From: Acidimicrobiia bacterium
GTDB lineage: Bacteria > Actinomycetota > Acidimicrobiia > Spongiisociales > ZC4RG35
Direction: 5' to 3'
NCBI GenBank assembly: GCA_965215185.1
Contig: OZ244034.1
Coordinates: forward strand, 992,001-1,056,000
DNA: 64,000 bases
The translations under genes were made by a program, and so were the position numbers. Below, one piece after another: positions 58,061-64,000 of this stretch. Position 1 is the stretch's first letter. Every line of letters starts with the position of its first letter. The notes beneath the pieces are model-generated. The model ran no database searches, had not been told where the DNA came from, and was given only the letters and a program-made list of their open reading frames with translations.

Positions 58061-59344
58061 TTGGTGACAGATTCCAAGCCATTCGACCCGCAGCTACTTG
58101 AGCGGATACGAGAGCGGTTCCATTTCGCAGACCAGGATCCTGTGTCAAGTCGCCGCGTATTCCTCGATGCAGCCGCAGGGTCACTGCGTCTGAAACAGGC
58201 CGTGAGCACCCTGGCCGAGATGAGTCGATGGCCCGACGCCGCATGGCGTCCCAGCCCCGGGTCAATACAGGTGGACACTTCGGTAGAGCGGGGAATGGCG
58301 TCGGTTCGCGAATTCCTCGGTGGTGGCGACCGGGTGGTCATGCCGGCGATGAGCGCGGTACATGCCATTTTCCGTGTCGTTGGGGCCGTGTTGGCTGGGG
58401 GAGGGGGTGACAACATCGTGACCACTGACCTCGATCATCCGGCTGCATTCGATGCAGCGCATTTCTTCGGCCGTCAATTCGGAAAGCAAGTCCGCGTGGC
58501 TCCGCTGGACGCCGCCACAGGCAGGGTATCGGCTTCTAGCGTGCTGGATCTTGTTGATGAAGGGACCGATGGGATAGTCGTCACCCACGCATCGAATGAC
58601 ACGGGCGCGGTGGTGGATTGGGCTGAGATCGCCGCCGGGGCACGTTTGCGAAACCCCGACATGTTCACTATTGTCGACGGCGTCCAGTACGCGGCACACC
58701 GCCCGGTCGATGTCGACCGGTTAGGCGTTGATGCCTACATATTCGCGCCGTACAAAGTGTTCGGTATCAAGGGCATCGGCTTTGGTGTCCTTTCCGACCG
58801 CCTGGCGGCTCTCCCACACTGGAAAATGGAGGGAGCGCCACCCAATTCATGGAAGCTGGGGTCCATGGAGGACGCCACCTACGCCGCCTGGGGCGAGGTG
58901 GTGGACTACTTGGAGTGGCTGGGCGGGGAGTTGGGTGATCCGGCTGATCGTCGCGAAGCAGTGCTAATCGCCATGCAGGCCACTGCCCAGCATGATGCCT
59001 TCCTCCTTGAGCGATTCTGGCGCGGCTCGAATGCCACGCCGGGACTGGCCCACATCCCGGGGGTGCGCACCCACGGAGCATCGGACGGCATTGGGAACCG
59101 CATCTGCATCATGATGCTCAGCTTTGAGGCGGTCGATGCGGACACCGCCGTAAGGATGTATGAGCTATCCGGCATCGGCGTAAGAGTTCGGAACATGGAC
59201 GCGTATTCGGGCCGTGTGCTGACAGCTCTCGGCTGTGGCCCGGTAGTACGAGTGTCGACATGCCACTACACGACGCCGACCGAAGTCGATACATTCTTGG
59301 AGGTCACTGCTGCGATAGCGGCCGGTACCCACCCGTCCCGGTGA
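58061..59344 (+). CDS. Aminotransferase class V / cysteine desulfurase-like PLP enzyme
   Basis: FLDAAAGS, TDLDHP, THASN, VDGVQYAAH, FAPYK (PLP Lys), RVS..HY. Confidence 0.87.
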   Translation: MVTDSKPFDPQLLERIRERFHFADQDPVSSRRVFLDAAAGSLRLKQAVSTLAEMSRWPDAAWRPSPGSIQVDTSVERGMASVREFLGGGDRVVMPAMSAVHAIFRVVGAVLAGGGGDNIVTTDLDHPAAFDAAHFFGRQFGKQVRVAPLDAATGRVSASSVLDLVDEGTDGIVVTHASNDTGAVVDWAEIAAGARLRNPDMFTIVDGVQYAAHRPVDVDRLGVDAYIFAPYKVFGIKGIGFGVLSDRLAALPHWKMEGAPPNSWKLGSMEDATYAAWGEVVDYLEWLGGELGDPADRREAVLIAMQATAQHDAFLLERFWRGSNATPGLAHIPGVRTHGASDGIGNRICIMMLSFEAVDADTAVRMYELSGIGVRVRNMDAYSGRVLTALGCGPVVRVSTCHYTTPTEVDTFLEVTAAIAAGTHPSR

Positions 59345-59476
59345 TTCCGTCAAACATTTCTGACCGGACCGAACTGGACCGGGGCAGCCTTTAAAGGAAG
59401 AGGGTGTGATGGGGTCGGAGCAAACCTATTCATCCCGGTCGATCCAGGCGGGTCTGGGCGGGCGCGCTAGGCGGGG

Positions 59477-60604
59477 TTGCTACCGGTGATCGACTTCGCG
59501 GTTATCGGCGGCGGTATCGCCGGTGTCTCAGCCGCTGCTCACCTGGCGCCACACGGGTCGGTCACTCTCCTGGAGATGGAGGACGCGCTGAGCTATCACT
59601 CAACCGGACGCTCCGCCGCGATGTTCCGCGTCAATTACCAGGACCCCGGTTCCAGAGCATTGGCCCGGGCGAGTCGACATTTTTTGGAGAACCCACCGGC
59701 GGGTTCAACAGACGCTCCTCTTCTGACCGATAGGGGATTGCTGTGGGTGGCGGACGAGAGCCAGAGGCTCGATCTTGAGAGAATCGGACAGGGAGGAGAA
59801 GGTGCGTTAACTGCCGGGCTGATCCTTGTCTCGGCCGAAGAAGTGATGGACATGGTGCCGAAGATGAGGCACGACCGAATAGCGGGAGGTCTCCACGAGC
59901 CAACGGCTCGTGATCTGGATGTGGCGGGTCTCCACCAGGCCTTCGTACGGATCGCCCGCCAGCATGAAGTTGAGATCCGGAGACGGGCGCCGGTCACCGC
60001 CATCGATCGCACACCGGGAGGCTGGATGGTGTCAGGCGACGGATGGCGCATGCGATGCGGAGCGGTCATCAACGCCGCGGGAGCGTGGGGAGATCATGTG
60101 GCAGTCATGGCAGGAGTTGAGCCGATCGGCCTCCAGTCATTTCGCCGGACCGTTTTCATGGTCCCTGGTAGGTCGGACTACGCTAGGTGGCCGATGGTGG
60201 TGGACGCCGACCGACGCTTCTACTTCAAGCCCGACGGCGTCCAACTACTCTGTTCACTCGCCGAGGAGGAGTTCTCCGTTCCCATGGACCCGCGGCCACG
60301 AACACAGGACGTGGCCCTTGCCATCGACCTTATCAACGAAGCCACGACTCTGGGCATTCGCTCGGTCAACTCCGAGTGGACAGGTCTTCGCACTTTCGCT
60401 CCCGACCGCGAGCTTGTTGTTGGCGAGGATCCGGCGGCGCCCGGCTTCTTTTGGCTGGTCGGTCAGGGGGGCACTGGCATCCGGACCTCACCAGCATATG
60501 GGGGTTTACTATCAAGCCAGGTACTGGGCGCCGGGTTGTCCGACGAACTGCTGGGGGCCGGCGTTGACCCGCGCACCACCCACCCGGAGCGCTTTCGCAG
60601 ATGA
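59477..60604 (+). CDS. FAD-dependent oxidoreductase, D-amino acid oxidase/dehydrogenase family
   Basis: VIGGGIAG, YHSTGRSAA, INAAGAWGD, WTGLRTFAPD, GQGGTGIRTSPA. Confidence 0.9.
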   Translation: MLPVIDFAVIGGGIAGVSAAAHLAPHGSVTLLEMEDALSYHSTGRSAAMFRVNYQDPGSRALARASRHFLENPPAGSTDAPLLTDRGLLWVADESQRLDLERIGQGGEGALTAGLILVSAEEVMDMVPKMRHDRIAGGLHEPTARDLDVAGLHQAFVRIARQHEVEIRRRAPVTAIDRTPGGWMVSGDGWRMRCGAVINAAGAWGDHVAVMAGVEPIGLQSFRRTVFMVPGRSDYARWPMVVDADRRFYFKPDGVQLLCSLAEEEFSVPMDPRPRTQDVALAIDLINEATTLGIRSVNSEWTGLRTFAPDRELVVGEDPAAPGFFWLVGQGGTGIRTSPAYGGLLSSQVLGAGLSDELLGAGVDPRTTHPERFRR

Positions 60605-60935
60605 ACAGATGGGAGACGCGTGCCACAGACCCGATCCGTACATGTGGGACACTGGTCGGTCTGCCCCACCGCAAAGGTGTTGATGGTGAGCGAAGTTGGC
60701 GACCACTCCGATAGCATGGGATTGCCGTTCCTGCAATATGATCTGGAAAAACACTCGGGATACCTCATACAGAACCTGCTCCTCTTTGCGAACTCCTGCG
60801 TCGCCCCACCAACTTGCGTTCGCCGGTTTTGACGATGAATGCAGCCCTGGGAGCGGCCGATCCCATCCCCACGAAGACGGATAGGGGGGACGTATCTCCG
60901 GCCTGAACCTCGACACCCTCTCTACGCCGTTTGCC

Positions 60936-61985
60936 ATGGTGACGATCGATACCGTCGAGGCGAACATAGCTGCCATGCACAGACGGCTGGAAGAAGGTCA
61001 AATCAGCCTTCGCCCGCACATCAAGGTGCATCGCATCCCTGAGCTTGGTCGGATGCAGGCTTCGGCGCGTGCCATGGGTATCGCCTGCCAAACCCTTGAT
61101 GAAGTAGAGACCATGGTCGGAGCAGGTTTTGGCGAGATTCTGCTTACCAACTCGCTCGTGGACCGCAAGAAGCTGAGCCGTTTTGTGGGACTGATGTCTC
61201 AGGCGACTTTGGCGATCACCGCAGATTCAGACGAAGCCATCCAAGAATTATCCGCGGTTGCCAGAATCACAGGCCAGAAGGTCTCTGTGTACGTCGAGTG
61301 CGACATCGGGGGCGCTCGCACAGGTTTCGCTGACCCGAGCCTGGCCGCCGCGCTTGCTATCAACATCGCGCAATCGCCGACCCTCAAGTTCGCCGGGCTT
61401 GCCGGTTACCTGGGTGGCAATCCGAATTGCTCCGATATTGACAGCAGCGAGGCGATGCTTGCAGAAGTCGTGTCCCAACTCTCCCGCGCCGGAATCGCTG
61501 TCCCTGCGGTGAGCGTCGGAGGAACGGTGTTTACGATGCGCGCCTGGCCGAACTGTCCGCCGAACACTGTCACGGAAGCCCGACCCGGCAACTACTCGTT
61601 CTACGACGCCACCAAAGTTGAGTACGGACTGGTGACCTATGAAGATTGTGCATTGCGCGTTGTAAGCACCGTTGTTAGTCGGCCGAACCCTACCCGCGCG
61701 GTGCTCGACGCTGGATGGAGGATCCTTTCGAACAACGAGATTCCTAACCAGTCCACCTACGGGCACATCTTGGAGTACCCGCAAGCCCGAGTCATGCGCC
61801 TCTACACGGAGCACGCAGTGGTCGAGCTCCCAGACGGTGGTGAGCAGCCTCGCATTGGAGACCTTGTCACCATAGTCCCGAACTCCTGCGACGGGGTCCT
61901 TGCTTCAGCCAACACGCTGTATGGAATCCGGGGCGATCAAATCGAACAGGCGTGGCGCCTACGTGAGCAGGCGGTTCTGAAATGA
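60936..61985 (+). CDS. D-threonine aldolase / D-serine dehydratase-like PLP enzyme (alanine racemase fold); N-terminus probably extends upstream across a frameshift
   Basis: LRPHIKVH (PLP Lys), VECDIGGARTG, VSVGGT, EARPGNYSFYD, TVVSRP, LDAG, EH, IVPNSC. Confidence 0.87.
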   Translation: MVTIDTVEANIAAMHRRLEEGQISLRPHIKVHRIPELGRMQASARAMGIACQTLDEVETMVGAGFGEILLTNSLVDRKKLSRFVGLMSQATLAITADSDEAIQELSAVARITGQKVSVYVECDIGGARTGFADPSLAAALAINIAQSPTLKFAGLAGYLGGNPNCSDIDSSEAMLAEVVSQLSRAGIAVPAVSVGGTVFTMRAWPNCPPNTVTEARPGNYSFYDATKVEYGLVTYEDCALRVVSTVVSRPNPTRAVLDAGWRILSNNEIPNQSTYGHILEYPQARVMRLYTEHAVVELPDGGEQPRIGDLVTIVPNSCDGVLASANTLYGIRGDQIEQAWRLREQAVLK

Positions 61986-62537
61986 TTTCGCCGTACACGA
62001 ACGAGCACTTCCACTGAGTCCACGGTTTTGTTGCTCTTCATCGGATTTCATTCCATATCGGCCTAGCATTGTCCCCCAAATTCAAGGCAGCAGTCGGTTG
62101 GTCGATCCATCAATATGGGGCCACGGTGTGAAAGACCTTTCCTAAGGAGGCAACATCCACCCATAGTGGAAATCAGATAGCTGACGCCTTCTGCCACAAC
62201 CCCTGCACCAAGAAGTTGACCGGTGTGGCGCGCAGGTTCAATAAGGTTCAAAAATGAGGCACACGCGTCCATGTGTAACTCGACGGCACCGGGCCTGCAA
62301 TCATTCTGACCTGAGACGAGCAAGACATTGATCGCCGGACTTTACACGTGTGTTGGTGAGGGTATTGCTTAGAACACCGAGTGATAGACGCTAACGAAGT
62401 GTGTCGTTCAGCTACCACAGCGGCAAGCGTTCTATCTGAGAACAACCAAAGTAAAAAAACGACACGCAGGGCCTAAGTGGGTATTCTCTAAGCTGGTAAA
62501 TCCGCCTAGCGGAATTCGCTAACTGAAGGGAGTAAGA

Positions 62538-62648
62538 ATGGCAGGACACGACCCGCATGAATGTGACGGCCATGAGCATCATGGGGACGAGCCCGGGCAT
62601 ATGCACGACGACCACGAGTGTGACGGGCACGAACACCACGGACACTAG
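62538..62648 (+). CDS. 36-aa His/Asp/Glu/Cys-rich putative metal-binding peptide
   Basis: Not in the ORF track. MAGHDPHECDGHEHHGDEPGHMHDDHECDGHEHHGH*; RBS gaagggag upstream; hairpin immediately downstream. Confidence 0.72.
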   Translation: MAGHDPHECDGHEHHGDEPGHMHDDHECDGHEHHGH

Positions 62649-62663
62649 CCCTATTTAAACCTA

Positions 62664-62704
62664 AGAGAGGACCCGCTGTCGAGAACAGGGGGTCCTCTCT
62701 ATTT
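62664..62704 (+). terminator. Intrinsic terminator-like hairpin, possibly bidirectional
   Basis: agagaggaccc...gggtcctctct 11-bp stem followed by attt, between convergent genes. Confidence 0.7.
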
Positions 62705-62791
62705 AGCCGCTGTACGCGAAGACACCAGGTTCTTGCCTACTAGGAACGGTCAGGCAAGCCTGTTTTGGCGAGGTTGTGGAGTGGGTTTGGT

Positions 62792-63799
62792 TTAACCCAG
62801 AGGCTTGGAACGCGCAATCAGGTGCTCGACGTGATGGTCCTCAACACAACCTTCGAGTGTCTCCTCGATCTGTAGTGTCACGTGATCAATTTTGTATTTG
62901 TGATGGATAACTTCCGTCAGGTCACGTAACAGTCGCTCCCGGTCTCCCGTGTAGGACGGGTCAATCAAAATGTGGGCAGTGCAGGCCTCGAGACCCGAGG
63001 AAATGGTCCAGACATGGATATCGTGGATCAAGGTAACCCCTTCCACGTCTTCGATGTCACTGCAAAGCCGATAAACGTCTATGTGATCCGGTACTCCTTC
63101 CAGAAGTACCTTGAACACCTTGATGGTCAAGCGCCAAGAGCTGTGACCGACCAGCAGAGCAATCACCACGCTCAGGATGGGATCAACGATGGTCCATCCC
63201 AAAGTGACTATGAGGACACCGGAAATCACCAACCCAACCGACCCGAACAAGTCGGCCATAACATGTCGCAATGCTCCTTCGACATTCATGCTGTGCTTTG
63301 ATGAGCGGTGTAGCACCCAGGCGGCGGCCACATTTACCAACAGACCGAGGGTGCCGATCACTAGCATCAGGCCGCCTTCAATTTCGGGAACATCCTGGAT
63401 ACGGTGATACGCCTCGAACAGCACCCAGGCAGCTATCAACCAGAGGCTTAGAGCATTCAACATCGCTGCCAACACTTCGGCGCGGCGATATCCGAAGGTG
63501 CGTTCCGCAGAAGGGGGGCGTTCGGCCACATTCATGGCGAACAAAGCCAAAGCGAGTGACATCGCATCGGTGATCATGTGTCCCGCGTCCGACAACAATG
63601 CCAGGCTGCCGGACACCACCCCGCCGACTACCTCAGCCAGCATGAATCCCGTAATCAAGATCAGGGCGATGGTCAGGCTGCGTTTACTGGCTCCCCGCAG
63701 ATCATGTGAGTGATGATGACCGTGGTGGTCGTGGCTGGAGTGATTCTCGTGGTCGTGGTTCTCGTGGCTGGCGTGAGGATGAGAGTGTGGCTGTGTCAT
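62792..63799 (-). CDS. czcD: CDF Zn/Co/Cd efflux transporter (CzcD/ZitB-like) with His-rich N-terminus
   Basis: Start MTQPHSH; SLALLSDAGHMITD, TFGYRRAEVLAA, NVEGALRHVMAD, HDIHVWTI, HVTLQIE. Confidence 0.9.
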   Translation of the reverse strand: MTQPHSHPHASHENHDHENHSSHDHHGHHHSHDLRGASKRSLTIALILITGFMLAEVVGGVVSGSLALLSDAGHMITDAMSLALALFAMNVAERPPSAERTFGYRRAEVLAAMLNALSLWLIAAWVLFEAYHRIQDVPEIEGGLMLVIGTLGLLVNVAAAWVLHRSSKHSMNVEGALRHVMADLFGSVGLVISGVLIVTLGWTIVDPILSVVIALLVGHSSWRLTIKVFKVLLEGVPDHIDVYRLCSDIEDVEGVTLIHDIHVWTISSGLEACTAHILIDPSYTGDRERLLRDLTEVIHHKYKIDHVTLQIEETLEGCVEDHHVEHLIARSKPLG

Positions 63800-64000
63800 T
63801 TGTTGCGCATCATCGTAGCACTTGGCAACGCCGCGACAGGGTCTATCTGGCAACGCTCCGCCATGACTTCTGGCAGAAGATCGCATTTGCCTATTTGGGG
63901 CCACTTAACCTTTAAACAAGTGCGGGAGGTTATTTGATTAACAGGTGTTTCGGGAGGCTATTTGACAATGCCTATCAGTACAACCGCTGCCGAGGAGCGA

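Noticed and set aside
62000-62450. Short Cys-containing ORFs or a structured RNA upstream of the His-rich peptide
   Set aside because: No recognisable protein family, riboswitch consensus or convincing stem pattern by eye.
62412-62645. 77-aa hydrophobic minus-strand ORF
   Set aside because: It is the antisense of the His-rich peptide; the RBS, hairpin and synonymous repeat pattern favour the plus strand.

Overview
GC-rich bacterial DNA. Lipoprotein solute-binding proteins with AACG plus Thr-rich linkers, LLM oxidoreductases, Cys-containing SLH repeats and FN3 domains suggest Actinomycetota, most likely Acidimicrobiia and possibly host- or sponge-associated (inference only). The window is mostly catabolic and transport islands. 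(1) 1-12.8 kb: Dpp/Opp-type ABC parts with a cyclic amidohydrolase, a D-aminoacylase, an amidohydrolase-2 enzyme, an MFS transporter and two LLM oxidoreductases, interrupted by nested IS3/ISL3/IS110 debris. (2) 13.3-15 kb: an IS110 inserted in an IS3 orfA; its 5' non-coding end carries a bridge-RNA-like guide layout readable from the sequence. (3) 16-20 kb: a disrupted secreted FN3 / phospho-His / ATP-grasp dikinase / SLH surface protein. (4) 24.5-33.2 kb: Dpp ABC, amidohydrolase, NicX-like dioxygenase and formamidase-family gene. (5) 34.4-47 kb: sugar ABC, AnmK, PIG-L deacetylase, ATP-dependent hydantoinase/oxoprolinase AB, GntR, SIS protein and NagA. (6) 47.2-56.5 kb: apt, a ThDP enzyme, a threonine-synthase-like gene and a Dpp ABC with a circularly permuted binding protein. 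(7) 56.5-64 kb: two His-rich CDF transporters around PLP/FAD amino-acid enzymes and an unannotated 36-aa His-rich peptide. No rRNA, tRNA or CRISPR array was recognised. All calls come from reading motifs by eye; no database searches were run.
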